In this document: positions 1-10,849 of the stretch, piece after piece
Position numbering within the stretch: the first letter of the stretch is position 1
How the letters are laid out: each line of letters begins with the position of its first letter
Assembly: GCA_965240325.2 (NCBI GenBank)
Contig: OZ251224.1
Coordinates: 1,178,001 to 1,242,000, forward strand
Length of the DNA: 64,000 bases
Direction: 5' to 3'
Source: Rebecca billardiae RCC1528
Taxonomy: Eukaryota; Protista; Haptophyta
Translations under genes and position numbers: made by a program
Notes under the pieces: generated by a model
Told to the model about the DNA's origin: nothing
Seen by the model: only the letters and a program-made list of their open reading frames with translations
Database searches by the model: none

Positions 1-638
1 CACCGTAGTACCGGAATTCCGACACGATGTCATCGCTTCACGTCATCGACGACTCAACGATACTGTATGAATGGTGCGCTGCTTGCCTCCGCAGGCGAGC
101 AGCGCGCAGTTTACGCCGGGCATGTGGACCTGCTGCCCACCCTTTGACATCAGATTCCAGTTCTTCCCTTCGGCTGGGGCTCGATCAGTCGACGCGGCGT
201 CGCTCACAGCGCAGGCAGGTGTTTGGCGCGGCTGCACTCTCTAGGTGGCTGGGATACAACATCCAGGTGCAGCACCCTCCCCGTGTGGTGTCAGAGCGCG
301 CGCTCGAGCGCGTGCCTCCGAGCGCGGGGCGGCCGCTTGCTGCAATGGCCGCCTCGACGAGATGCGGCAACGCGCCCCTCACCTGCCTGCGCCGGTCTGT
401 TTTGTGGCGGTGTCTTTGTGCAGCACTTGTTGGATGTCATCAACCACGCCTCGCGTCATCCAAGTCTGCATCACGTTTTTTCGTTGTAGGACTACTATAG
501 CTACTATAACTAGCAGGACTTCTGACGACATATATTGTCATCATCAGCATCAGACTCAGCTAGGGGACCGTGTCAGGAGCGATCTTCGCGCGTGATCGTG
601 GCTGATGATGAGCTCAGAATGCGTTCATCATCAATTCA

Positions 639-3464
639 TCACCCCTGCGGCGGCGAGCAAACGAGACGGCGACTCGGGTGCAATGGCGCGCCCGGTGCAT
701 CACGCGATGCCGCGGTAGTGCGAGCCACCGAGGCCGATGCACTCGAGCTGAGATCGGCCACGGGCACAATCGTCGGCCGCCCATGCGCACACTGGAATGG
801 AAACTTGGTCGCACCGAGCGCGGTAAGCAAGTCCAAGCACTGCTGCCGAGTGAGTGCGGTGCCGAACATGATGGCGCTGCGGCACGCCTTGGAGATGACC
901 GCGCGCAGCACTGCTCGTGGCGGTGCCTGCGCGCCGCCTCCCATCTCATCGAGCAGCGTCACGTACTCGAGCAGTGCGCGCGATCGCAGCGTGTGAGAGC
1001 ACACGACGGGAGCCTGGACCATCCACACCTCTGGCGCGGCCGCTCCACTCATGCGCACCTGCCAGCCCCAGCTGTGCACTTCGCGCGTGTGGTGCCGCAG
1101 GAGCGCCACCTCGTGCGCCGACGGCCGCATGCGCTCGGGCGGATCGAGGCGCACCGTCTCGATGTGCGCGGGCGCGCCGTCCGGCTGCACGTGCAGCTCG
1201 AGCAGCGCCTCGAGCTGCACGCGCTCGTCGGCGGCATGCTGGTCGATCAAGGCGAGCGTCGGGCCGATCCGGACGGCGAGCCACTTGCGATCGACCTGCC
1301 CCACCAGCCGCGCCTCGTACAGCATGCGCTTTGTGATGGTCATCGTGCCGTCCGAAGGGTCGGACGTCCCGGCGTGCAGAGGCTGCGCGGGCGTGGGCGG
1401 CTCGGGCGCGCGCGCACGGCTGCGGTCTGCTTCGGCCATGCCGACCGGCAGGCTGTCAAACATGCTGTTCTGCTCTCCCCCTCGGAGAGCCGAAGCGTCG
1501 GCGAGCACGGCCTTGAGCTCTGGCGCCGAGTCCAGAGTGCGACGCTTCCGCCGATCTGGCTGCGCCGTCGGCTCTGCGGCGAGGGCGACGACGGATTCGA
1601 GAGCAGGCCGCAGCGTCCACTCTGGCGCATGCGCGCGCGCCACATCGCTCGCCGCGTCGTCACCCGGGCGCTCGCGGTGTGCCTCGAACGACGGGTTGGC
1701 CGAGGCGCGGTCGCGCTGCTCATCGAGCCAGCTCCGAGCGCGCTTCGCGCCCGTGAGCCCTGGCGAAGGACGAGCCGCGACCCGCGGCCTCTCGACGAGT
1801 GGCGCCCTGGGAGGCGCCGCGGGCGAGTGCGGCACACCGGCGGGCGACTGCGTCAAGTCGCGTCCCGGCGTGCGTGCGAGCTCGCCGCGCGCGAGCTCGT
1901 CATCCACCGAGTACCCACGGATGTTCAGCTCCTGCGCGCCACGCGGGGGCGCGCCGCGCCATTCCGACCACGTGGGCTCGGGCGTGATCGGCGCATCCGC
2001 TTGAGACTCGTCGTCGCTGCTGCTACTGCCGAGCGTGCTGCGCAGGAGGCCGACACGCACCGGCCGATGCCCGCCACGATCAGACCTGCCGGGGCGCGCG
2101 GCTGCAGGTGCAGCAGACTCGCGCGGCCGGTCGGCATGCGGCGGCATGATGAGGCGGCGCGATGATGGCGACTGCAGGCCCAGCGCAGCGACTCGCGGCA
2201 CGACTGGGTGCGCGCGTACGCGAGTGGGCTGCCCCGTGCCGCCTACCGCGCGCGAGCAAGCCCGTGGCCTCGCTCGGTGCTCGGCAGCAGCATGCAGCCG
2301 TGGCACTTGCGCGGCTGTGGCCGCGGGAGGCCCTGCTGCGCGGGCGATGTGATCGCCCGCGCGCGCTGCGGCAGGCGAGGCCGAGGCGAATGCCGCTCGC
2401 AGCGCCTCGCGCAGGTGCGCGGCGACGTTGAGATCGCGCGCGAAGTGCGCAACGAGGCCCTCGCCGTCGTGAAGAAGTGCCACGTGCTCGGGCGACGCCG
2501 TCACGAAGAGAAGGAAGGCGGCGTGCAGGCAGCGGCTGCCATCGGGGTCTGCGAGCGTGCTGACCGCCCGCCCGACATCCGGCATGGCGCCATCGTCCAC
2601 GTGGTCGAGAGGCGTGACTGCGGCGAGGCGAATGATCGTGTCCGCTGCGAATCGGTGAAGCTCGTCCTTCCGCGTGAGCGGGCGCCCGTTGACGCACAGG
2701 AGCTGCGTCTCGGCAGACCGGCCGCCCGTTGCTGTCGCCGTCGCCCACCCGCGCACCTCGAGCGGTGGCACGTCGCGCGCTGCGAGGCCCGTGCCCACAC
2801 ACGCGAAGGCGCCGGCCGGCACGGACGGGCACAGCTGCCGGAACGTTTCGAGCGCGTTCCCGTGCGCGCAGGTCTCCAGCAGCACCCGGCCGCTCGATGC
2901 GTCGCGCAGCGAGAAGGCGACATGCGCATGCGCGATCGCGAGCTTGCCCAGGTCTGCTCGCACCGCCTCGCATGCAATAGCAGCCGCTCCTGGCCGGGCG
3001 AGCACCTTGCGCTGGACGGGTCGGTTCCAGAAGAGGTCGCGCACGACCACGGTCGTACCCCGAGCGCGCATGCCCGACGCGACCGCCGTCATCAGCCGAC
3101 GGCCGCCACGCAGCACGGTCAAGTGCGGCGCGGCGTCGCGCTCAGTTCGCGAGGTGATCTCGAGCGTGCTCACGAGCCCAATCGCGTGGAGTGCCTCGCC
3201 GCGGAAGCCGAAGGTGCTGTTGTTCGCGCCCATCTTGGACGTGCAGCCGCGATCGCCGACGCGTGCGAGCTCGTGCGACGCGATGCCCGTGCCATCGTCG
3301 CGCACAGTGACGACGAACTGCGGCACATCAAGGGTGACGACGATGCTTGTCGCCCCGGCATCGAGGGCGTTCAGCGCAAGCGCGTCGACGACAGACGCGA
3401 AGGATGTCACCTGTAGCACGCCGCTGACACGCTGCGCGAGCGATTCGTCGAGTCGGCGGATCAT
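639..3464 (-). CDS. MLH3: DNA mismatch repair / meiotic crossover protein MLH3 (MutL family)
   Basis: N-terminal GHKL ATPase motifs (NALDAGAT, DDGTGI, TFGFRGEAL, GTTVVVRDLF), C-terminal endonuclease motif DQHAADERVQLE, ACRSAIMFG and FPFQCAHGRPT. The first ATG is at 3464. Confidence 0.92.
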   Translation of the reverse strand: MIRRLDESLAQRVSGVLQVTSFASVVDALALNALDAGATSIVVTLDVPQFVVTVRDDGTGIASHELARVGDRGCTSKMGANNSTFGFRGEALHAIGLVSTLEITSRTERDAAPHLTVLRGGRRLMTAVASGMRARGTTVVVRDLFWNRPVQRKVLARPGAAAIACEAVRADLGKLAIAHAHVAFSLRDASSGRVLLETCAHGNALETFRQLCPSVPAGAFACVGTGLAARDVPPLEVRGWATATATGGRSAETQLLCVNGRPLTRKDELHRFAADTIIRLAAVTPLDHVDDGAMPDVGRAVSTLADPDGSRCLHAAFLLFVTASPEHVALLHDGEGLVAHFARDLNVAAHLREALRAAFASASPAAARAGDHIARAAGPPAATAAQVPRLHAAAEHRARPRACSRAVGGTGQPTRVRAHPVVPRVAALGLQSPSSRRLIMPPHADRPRESAAPAAARPGRSDRGGHRPVRVGLLRSTLGSSSSDDESQADAPITPEPTWSEWRGAPPRGAQELNIRGYSVDDELARGELARTPGRDLTQSPAGVPHSPAAPPRAPLVERPRVAARPSPGLTGAKRARSWLDEQRDRASANPSFEAHRERPGDDAASDVARAHAPEWTLRPALESVVALAAEPTAQPDRRKRRTLDSAPELKAVLADASALRGGEQNSMFDSLPVGMAEADRSRARAPEPPTPAQPLHAGTSDPSDGTMTITKRMLYEARLVGQVDRKWLAVRIGPTLALIDQHAADERVQLEALLELHVQPDGAPAHIETVRLDPPERMRPSAHEVALLRHHTREVHSWGWQVRMSGAAAPEVWMVQAPVVCSHTLRSRALLEYVTLLDEMGGGAQAPPRAVLRAVISKACRSAIMFGTALTRQQCLDLLTALGATKFPFQCAHGRPTIVPVADLSSSASASVARTTAASRDAPGAPLHPSRRLVCSPPQG

Positions 3465-3729
3465 GCGGCCACGCCGGAGGCCCGGCGCGCCGCTGGCTGG
3501 TGCGCTCCGCTCTGCCGCTCGCGGCTGGCTGCGCCAGTCGGCAGCGGAGGCCACAGCACAGCGGGAGGCCAGGACTGCTCCCCTGGTGGCGCAGCACCGG
3601 ACTCCAAGTCACCGCGCCCGCTGCGCCCATCGGAATTGTATTTGTCCGGGACCGCGCGCATCTGCGCATCAGCAGATCGAAGCCCGATTCGCCCGCGCCG
3701 CGCCGTCCAAGGGCGCAGGCGCTGCGAGG

Positions 3730-4971
3730 ATGGCGGCGATCATGCGCTTCGCCAAGGCGAACCCTTTCGCGTTCGGGCTCGGGTACTCAGGCGTGAAGAC
3801 CTGCTTGTGTGACCTGCTCGTCCAGAAGCTGGTGGAGAAGCGCGAGGAGATTGACTGGCGCCGGAACGCCGCGTTCGCGACCTTTGGGTTTGTCTACCTG
3901 GGGGGCGTGCAGTACGCGCTGTACGTGCCTATCTTCTCGCGCCTGTTCCCCAACGCGGCCTCTTTCGCGGCCAAGCCCGTCTCCGAGAAGCTGCGCGACC
4001 TCCCCGGCATCCGCAACCTGTTTGCGCAGGTCTTCCTCGACCAGTGCGTGCACCACCCGCTCACCTACTTCCCTGTCTTCTACATGATCAAGGATGTGGT
4101 GACCAACGACAAGCCCGATCCGGTGAGAGCCGTCAACGGGTACCTGGAGAACATGCAGGAAGACCTCGTCGCGCTGTGGAAGGTGTGGGTCCCCTCGACG
4201 TTCCTCAACTTTGCCTTCATGCCGATGTGGCTGCGCATCCCGTGGGTCGCCTCCACGTCGCTCATTTGGACCTGCATCCTCTCGGCGATGCGCGGCGGGA
4301 GCGACCGCGTGCCCACGACGGAGATCGTCGGCCCACACGTCGATGGACGCTCTCTCGAGCTCGCCATGCGATCCCTCGCCCCGCCACCCGTGCTCGACCC
4401 TTCGCGCGCGCACCTGCTCGTCACCGTGCACGGGCCTGATCAGCCCGGCATCGTCGCCGCCGTCTCGCGCTCCGTGTTCGATGCGGGCGGCAACCTGACG
4501 ACGTCGAAGATGATCAAGCTGGGCGGCGAGTTTGCGGTGATGATGCACGTCGACTGCCAGCCCGACGCCGTCGGCAACCTGCGCGAGAAGCTGCACGCCA
4601 GCACCGCCAAGGCGCTCGCCGGGTGTGACATCGAGACGAGGCAGGTGATTGCTGTCGGCGACCCGTCGCAGCGGCCGTCGTTCTCGGCGCACGTGCGGCT
4701 TTCGGGCCCGGATCAGCCCGGGCTTTTGATGCGACTCACCGAGGAGCTCGCCGCGCACGGCCTCAACGTCGAGCACGTGCAGACGGAGCAGCACGTGCCG
4801 CCCGCGCGCAAGGGTCTCCAGCGGCGGTTCTCTCTGAGCGGCATCGTGACTGCGCCCGTGAAGCCCGACTCCGAGTCGCTGAACCTCGCCATCGAGTCGC
4901 TCAAGAAGGAGCTGAATGTCCAGTGCTACGTTGAGGAGGACCACCACCGCCAGCCGGACTCTTCCAAGTAA
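3730..4971 (+). CDS. Mpv17/PMP22 family membrane protein fused to two C-terminal ACT domains (GcvR-like)
   Basis: KTCLCDLLVQK..IDWRRNAAFATFG..DQ..WVPSTFLNFAFMP is Mpv17/PMP22-like. LVTVHGPDQPGIVAAVS and LSGPDQPGLLMRLT are ACT signatures. Single uninterrupted frame from ATG 3730. Confidence 0.85.
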   Translation: MAAIMRFAKANPFAFGLGYSGVKTCLCDLLVQKLVEKREEIDWRRNAAFATFGFVYLGGVQYALYVPIFSRLFPNAASFAAKPVSEKLRDLPGIRNLFAQVFLDQCVHHPLTYFPVFYMIKDVVTNDKPDPVRAVNGYLENMQEDLVALWKVWVPSTFLNFAFMPMWLRIPWVASTSLIWTCILSAMRGGSDRVPTTEIVGPHVDGRSLELAMRSLAPPPVLDPSRAHLLVTVHGPDQPGIVAAVSRSVFDAGGNLTTSKMIKLGGEFAVMMHVDCQPDAVGNLREKLHASTAKALAGCDIETRQVIAVGDPSQRPSFSAHVRLSGPDQPGLLMRLTEELAAHGLNVEHVQTEQHVPPARKGLQRRFSLSGIVTAPVKPDSESLNLAIESLKKELNVQCYVEEDHHRQPDSSK

Positions 4972-6062
4972 GGTGCCTGGGCTCCTCTGCCAGATCCTGA
5001 CCTGTTGGGTTGCCCCAGCCCCCTTGCCTTTGAGTACCCCACGACTAGCACCTCTATTCTCTGCATCTTCATCTTGGCGCGTTCACGAGCGCCTCGGCCT
5101 TTGTCTCATGCGCGCGGTCTCGGCGCTCGCCTAGCTGGGACTCGGGCCTGCGCGCCACTGAGCCATGATTCACCAGCTGGTGTCCGACTACCTGATTCTG
5201 AATGAAACCTGTGAGCGGTGACGGCTGCGGCGGCGACGGGCAGTTTCAAAGTGTCAGCACGGCAACCGGCCAACCGGTCACGTGTGCACTACAATGATTA
5301 TATAATCGATCAGCATCCGCCCGATTCTCTAGGACTAGGAGTCAGTAGACAGTAGTCACTCGACCGTCTCAGTCATCTGAGCCCGAGCCACTACTCAGCG
5401 CAGTTATTTATTTGCGCTGCTATATATATATGATATATTTTAAGATTCATCATGTTTTTACCGCGCAGTGCCCAGGTCGCGTTGCCGCGCCACTCCCCGT
5501 TCCGTCGGCGGCACGCCTCTCCGAGTGGCTCGGACCGAGTCCGAAGAGAGACCTGAAAACGACGACTGGTAGTATAGTCCTAGTCCGTGAGACCGAATCC
5601 GAGTACGGAGGAGTTAGTGAGTTACTGAGCATCGGACTCTCATAGTCTAGTTACACTTGTCATCGTATAAGACACTGTATGTCATAGCAGACATTTAATC
5701 GGAATCAGAGAATCCGTCCGACGGCGACTGCCGCTCACTCAGAGTCAGTCTCGGTGACTGCGGCGCCGACGGCCCGACGGCAGCCGACGCGGCGGCTGCC
5801 TGGCCCGTGGCCGCGCCGGAATCCAATAATGGCAATATCCATGACCACGGGGCCCTCACTCCTTAGCAGCCAGGCCTCACCAACGGTGGTGCCCGCATTA
5901 TAACGGTGGGGCGAGGACGACGGGCGCTGGCGCGCCGCGAGCGGCGAGGCGGCCGCAGCCCTCATCCAGATTCCAGGCCTCGCAGGCGGACGGCAAAACG
6001 AATTTCCCGGCGGCGCAGCCATCGGCGACGGCTTCATGGGCGGTGACAGTTGGCGGGCGTCG

Positions 6063-6112
6063 ATCTCGCCTGCCTGAGCTGTGTGCGCCTCATATTCTTA
6101 TTATAGTAAATT
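6063..6112 (-). repeat. Solo terminus of the CAGTTTACTAAGAATAAGAGACGCACACAGCTCAGGCAGGCGAGAT MITE family
   Basis: Reverse-complement match to the copies at 18918, 20652 and 43237. Confidence 0.7.
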
Positions 6113-6551
6113 TGTAGTTATATAATACTACGACAGCAGAGTGTTATCGTCATAACGGTTATAGCTATTACTACGACAGCAGAGTGTTTAATAATAATGT
6201 TATCATAACGGTTATCTGAGCTATCTGACTAGTATCATCCGCCGATGCCAATAAGCAGGCTGCGCACGCAGACCCCTGGCCCTGCCTGCACGGGCTGCAT
6301 AGTGGCTATAGTGAGTCCGAGTAGTGCATGCTGTGACACTGGGCACCACAGTGACGTCCGACAGTCTGAGGTGCCGGGATGCCGCCTGTGTCACGCGCGG
6401 TATCGACCCCGACCTCCCGGCTCACCTGACCGGGTGTGGCAGCCTGGCAATCACCATACCCAGCATCCGCCGGCCTTCCGGAACAGAGAGAGCGCGCCAA
6501 GATGGCGCGTGTCCAGTGATCGGCGAGCCTGCCCCGCTCGGCGTCGCGTAC

Positions 6552-7696
6552 TCACTCGGTGCTCGCGTTGCGCTTCCCGCCGGACGTCTTGCGGTACTTG
6601 AGCTTGTCGCGCTGCTCGCTCTCGATATCGAGCACCTCGCTCGACTTCATGCTGAGCGCCTCGTGGGTGGCCTCGAGGTCGCGCACCATCTTCCCCAGGC
6701 CCGCGGGCTCGAGCGACGCCGCGTGATCCGTCCCCTTCCACGTGCGGTCCTTGGTGAAGTGGCGCTCGATCCACTTGGCACCGAGTGCGTACGCGGCAAT
6801 GTCGATCGCGATGCCGAGGTGGTGGCCCGAGAAGGCGAGCTCGTGTACGCGGGTGCCGTACTCGTCGTACAGGCGCGCGAGCTCGAGCATGCACACGTCC
6901 TTGAACGGGACGGGGTAGCCCGAGGTGCAGTTGTACACGACCAGCCTGTCCTTGGCCTGGCCCGTCTCCTCGAAGAACTTGACCACGTCCTCGATCTCCG
7001 ACTTGGTCGTCATGCCCGTGGACACGTGCACCTTGCCCTTGAAGTCGTCGCGCAGCACCTTGAGCATCTCGAAGTGGTTGTTGCACGCCGACGGCACCTG
7101 CGCGAGCGCGAGTGCGTGCGTCGCCCGCGCCGACGCGACCGGCTCAGCGCGACGCGCTCGGCAGGACCGACTGGGCAGCGCGCGCGCGCACGCACCTTGA
7201 GGAAGTCGCACGGGATCTCGATCATCTCGCGCGCGGATGTGACGTCCCACACCGACGTTGCCCATTCGATGCCGATCTCCTTGCCGTACTTGTGCAGCTC
7301 CATGTGCTGCTCCTTGGTGAACTCCAGGAACTCGCGGTGCGCGCCGTACGTGGCGCCGTACGCGTTCGCAGGCACGGGGTGCGGCTTGTTGTACTGCTCC
7401 TCGGTGAGGAGCTCCTTGTTGCAACGCTTCTGGAACTTCGCATACGTCGCCCCGCAGTCCTTTGCGAGCCTCATGAGCTCCTTGGCGATCTCCATTTTGC
7501 CCATGTGGTTGCAGCCGATCTCGGCGACAACCTTGCACTTCTCATACTTGAAGCCCGAGCCCTCGAGGTATCCTGCGCGGCGTGGTGAGGGCGGTAGGAG
7601 GCGCAGCAGGCGGGTGAGCAGCGCGCGCCCAGCCAGGCGCCCGCCCCCCCTCCTTATGCGCCGCGACGTGCGCTCACCTGTCGGCCGCTTCGGCAT
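6552..7696 (-). CDS. NeuB/SpsE-family sialic acid (Neu5Ac/KDN-type) synthase, 3 exons (7696-7678, 7572-7196, 7097-6552), ~313 aa, no C-terminal SAF/antifreeze domain
   Basis: VVAEIGCNHMG, AKFQKR, LKVPS, STGM, CTSGYP, FSGH and WIERHFT..W.GTDHAASLEP motifs. GT-AG introns at 7573-7677 and 7098-7195 join the exons in frame. Confidence 0.9.
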
Positions 7697-7968
7697 GTTG
7701 TCGTGCGATGAAAGAACGGGGCGCCGTGCAGCTCGAGCCGTTGAGTTGCACGATGGATGGGCCGGACGCGCAGGAAGCGGTTGTGAGCGGAAGATCGCGC
7801 GATTTAGAAGCGAGCGGCCAATCAACGCTCCGCGCGCTCATCGGTCGCCTCGCGCGCGAAATAGCGCGCATCTTGGCGAAAGATCAAAGATTCGCGCGAA
7901 AAAAGTGAAAAACGGCAGTTTCGCGTTATTGTTTTTCGCCAGCATCAAAACCAATCGAGCGCAGCAGC

Positions 7969-9522
7969 ATGGCTGACGACGAGCAAGAGGCCGGTGAGGA
8001 TGCCCCACTTCTAGGCGCGCCATCGCGCGAGGCGCGGTGGTGTGGCGGCAGCATCGCCGCTGCACACTCCGGTGAGCGTCGCCTCGGGCTCGCCGCGGTC
8101 ATCCTCACGGCCGCCATGGCGCTCGCGTGGCATGTGGCCAGACAACCTGCGCTGCCATCGGCCTACGACGACTGCGCGCGCGCCACGCCCGCGTGCCCCG
8201 TGGGCGGTGGCGCCCGTCCCAGGTCGAATGTTGGCTCGATCGGCACATCCGGCCGGCTGTGGTCACCTGTCCACATCCGAAACTTCACGCGTCCGCGACG
8301 GTTCGCGCGCTCGGTGCGGCAGCAGCAGCAGCGCGAACGTGCTTGGGCGCGGCTGCCGCAGGATGGGCACTGTGAGCAGTGGGTGGTCATCACGACCATC
8401 TTCCCACCCACGCGCCTCGTGCAGCAGCTGGCGGAGCTGCCTGGCTGGTGCACCGTCGTCGTTGGCGACCGCAGAGCGCCGACCGCCGAGGCGTACATGG
8501 CCGCCATAGAGCGTCCAGCCTCGGGCGGCGGCCGCGTGGTGTACCTCTCTGCGGCCGAGCAGGAGCGGCTGGGCTACCGCGTGCTCGGCCTGCTCAAGTG
8601 GAACCACTTCGGGCGGAAGAACGTGGGCTTCGTGTACGCCATCGCCCACGGCGCGAGGCTCGTCTACGACACGGACGACGACAACGAGCTCCTCGACCCG
8701 GGCGCGCTCTCCGCGTGGGCGCGCGCGCTGCGCAGCCCGAGCACGCGCGTCCACGCGTGGCGCGCGTGCGCGCCCGTCCTCAACCCCTACCCGCACTTCG
8801 GCTCGGCGCGCGAGCGGGACGGCTGGGCACAGTTCGCGTGGCCCCGCGGGTTCCCACTCGAGTCGATCCGCGACTGTGGGACCATGCTCGAGCGGCCCTC
8901 CGACGCGCCGGCGGACACGGCGCCCATGTCGGCGATCGGCGTCGTGCAGTCGCTCGCCAACCACGACCCGGACGTGGACGCCATCTACAGGCTGCGGCAC
9001 CACCTGCCGGTCGGGTTCGAGCGGCGGCACCCGGCGGGGCACCCGGCGGGGGCCGTCGCGCTGGGCAACGCGACGGTGGCGCCGTTCAACGCGCAGGCGA
9101 CGCTCTGGTCGCACAGCGCGCTCTGGGGGCTGCTGCTGCCGATCAGCGTGCACGGGCGCGTGTCGGACATTTGGCGCAGCTACTTTGCGCAGCGCGTGCT
9201 GCGCGAGCTCGGGCTGCAGGTCGCCTTCGCCGAGCCCTGGGTGAAGCAGGAGCGCAACGCGCACACGTACCTCGCCGACTTCGACTCGGAGACGCCGCTG
9301 TACCTCCGTGCGGGGGCTCTCGTCGCGTGGCTCGACGCGTGGTTGCCGAGCGCGCGCGCGCCGGGCTCGGGCGCGGGCTCCGTCGCATCGGTGATCGAGG
9401 AGCTGGCGATCGCGCTGTACCAGGTCGGCGTCATCGAGGAAGGAGACGTGCTCCTCCAGCAGGCGTGGCTGGATGATCTACTCGCTGCCGGCTACGAGCT
9501 TCCCACTGCGGCTGTGAGCTGA
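7969..9522 (+). CDS. STELLO-like (DUF288) type II membrane glycosyltransferase
   Basis: N-terminal TM segment, WVVITTIFPPT, RKNVGFVYAIAHGA..YDTDDDN, WPRGFPL, DPDVDAIYRL, PFNAQATLW and GRVSDIWRSY. Confidence 0.88.
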   Translation: MADDEQEAGEDAPLLGAPSREARWCGGSIAAAHSGERRLGLAAVILTAAMALAWHVARQPALPSAYDDCARATPACPVGGGARPRSNVGSIGTSGRLWSPVHIRNFTRPRRFARSVRQQQQRERAWARLPQDGHCEQWVVITTIFPPTRLVQQLAELPGWCTVVVGDRRAPTAEAYMAAIERPASGGGRVVYLSAAEQERLGYRVLGLLKWNHFGRKNVGFVYAIAHGARLVYDTDDDNELLDPGALSAWARALRSPSTRVHAWRACAPVLNPYPHFGSARERDGWAQFAWPRGFPLESIRDCGTMLERPSDAPADTAPMSAIGVVQSLANHDPDVDAIYRLRHHLPVGFERRHPAGHPAGAVALGNATVAPFNAQATLWSHSALWGLLLPISVHGRVSDIWRSYFAQRVLRELGLQVAFAEPWVKQERNAHTYLADFDSETPLYLRAGALVAWLDAWLPSARAPGSGAGSVASVIEELAIALYQVGVIEEGDVLLQQAWLDDLLAAGYELPTAAVS

Positions 9523-9757
9523 GGCGACGTCCGTCCCAAGTCGGATCAGATGACTCCGTGTCACGTCAGGGTCTCAGAGAGTGCGCAACTGCTTGCAGCT
9601 TGGGGAATGTCAATGACAATGTTCCAATGTAGACACATGCACAGACACAGTCGTCCGATTTTCGGGCGGACGATTTCCTATTTTCCTCAGCATCAAGTTG
9701 GGCAGCCGGGCTCAGCCGCGCCGGCGGGCGGAGCCAACGGGCACGGGAGCGCGGGCC

Positions 9758-10849
9758 ATGGCGGGCTTGGCGGCTGAGCCGTCGTTTGTACACTGGCCGA
9801 GCAGTGGCTGCCCGCACGCTGAGGCCGAGCGTGCGGCGACGGCGTGCGCCTGGAGGGTCCCATGCGTCAGCGCCGCGTGTCATGGCGCTGCGGTGGCAGA
9901 CGGCTGGCAAGAGGTGCTCATGGCGTACACGAACGCGCTCGCGTCCTTTGAGAACGCACGGCAGCCGGCCTTTGACGGCCAAACGCTGGCCGAGCCGAGA
10001 GGAGGGCACGAGCGCGTGCCACAGGCCGAGGCCATCCCCACGCACGACGCCGTCGATGGTCGATCTGATGCACCTGCTGCCGCGGACGCAGCGCCCACGA
10101 TGACCCTGGGCTCGTGCCACCAGTGCAAGCGCCGGCTCCTCGTGCGCCGCTGCGCGCACGAGGAGCTCGTCTTCGTGCAGCGCAAGGGGCGCCTGGATCA
10201 GCAGTACGAGCGCTGTCGGCGCTCGTTTTGCGCGACCTGCTTGCGCAGGTACGCCGCAGAGCAGCCGGACGAGCCCAAGTATCGGCCGGGCATCTTCAGG
10301 TGCCCATCGTGCCGCCGCATGTGCGTGTGCAAGCCCTGCCAGCGCCAGCGGGGCGCCATCACAGCGCCGAATCGCAAGGCGTCCGCCGGCGGCGGCGCGC
10401 ACGGCAGCCAGCCGCCGCAGCCGGCCGTACCCGCCACCGTGCCTGTGCCGGCGCCCGCTTCGCAGGGTCCGCCGCCAACACCGGCGGAAACGCCACTCTC
10501 GCAGACTCTCGAAGCGGAGCCAAGCACGCAGCTGCCGAGCGCATCTGCGACAGCCGCTGACGAGCCAGCTTACATCCCAGCCGCAGCCCTGCTGTCGCTC
10601 TCTGCGTCTCATCCTGATGCTGCCGGCGCGGTCGCAGCCGCCACCTGCCCTGGCGCGCCCACGCGCAGTGCTTCCGTGACGATGAAGTGCAAGCTGACCT
10701 GCCCTGGCTGCGCGTGCGTGCATCGTGTGCGGATCCAGGGCTCTCGCGACGCGCTCGAAAGGGAGCCGCAGCTGATTGCCTACGCTTGCCGCGAGTGCTC
10801 TTGGCACTTCCACGTGCGTATCGCTAAGCAAAGCCCAACGTCAAGTTGA
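9758..10849 (+). CDS. Zinc-finger protein with a zf-4CXXC_R1 (CDCA7/JPO-like) domain and a C-terminal CxxC..CxxC ribbon
   Basis: SCHQCKRR..C..CRRSFCATCLRRY..FRCPSCRRMCVCKPCQRQRG, then TCPGC..ACREC. Start codon uncertain (9758 or 9920). Confidence 0.7.
   Translation: MAGLAAEPSFVHWPSSGCPHAEAERAATACAWRVPCVSAACHGAAVADGWQEVLMAYTNALASFENARQPAFDGQTLAEPRGGHERVPQAEAIPTHDAVDGRSDAPAAADAAPTMTLGSCHQCKRRLLVRRCAHEELVFVQRKGRLDQQYERCRRSFCATCLRRYAAEQPDEPKYRPGIFRCPSCRRMCVCKPCQRQRGAITAPNRKASAGGGAHGSQPPQPAVPATVPVPAPASQGPPPTPAETPLSQTLEAEPSTQLPSASATAADEPAYIPAAALLSLSASHPDAAGAVAAATCPGAPTRSASVTMKCKLTCPGCACVHRVRIQGSRDALEREPQLIAYACRECSWHFHVRIAKQSPTSS

Noticed and set aside
2674-3729. N-terminal extension of the 765-aa ORF overlapping MLH3
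   Set aside because: It has a non-ATG start and is antisense to MLH3. Recognisable homology starts at ATG 3730.
6552-9522. Bacterial capsule operon or contamination
   Set aside because: The NeuB gene has two spliceosomal introns and its neighbours are eukaryote-specific.
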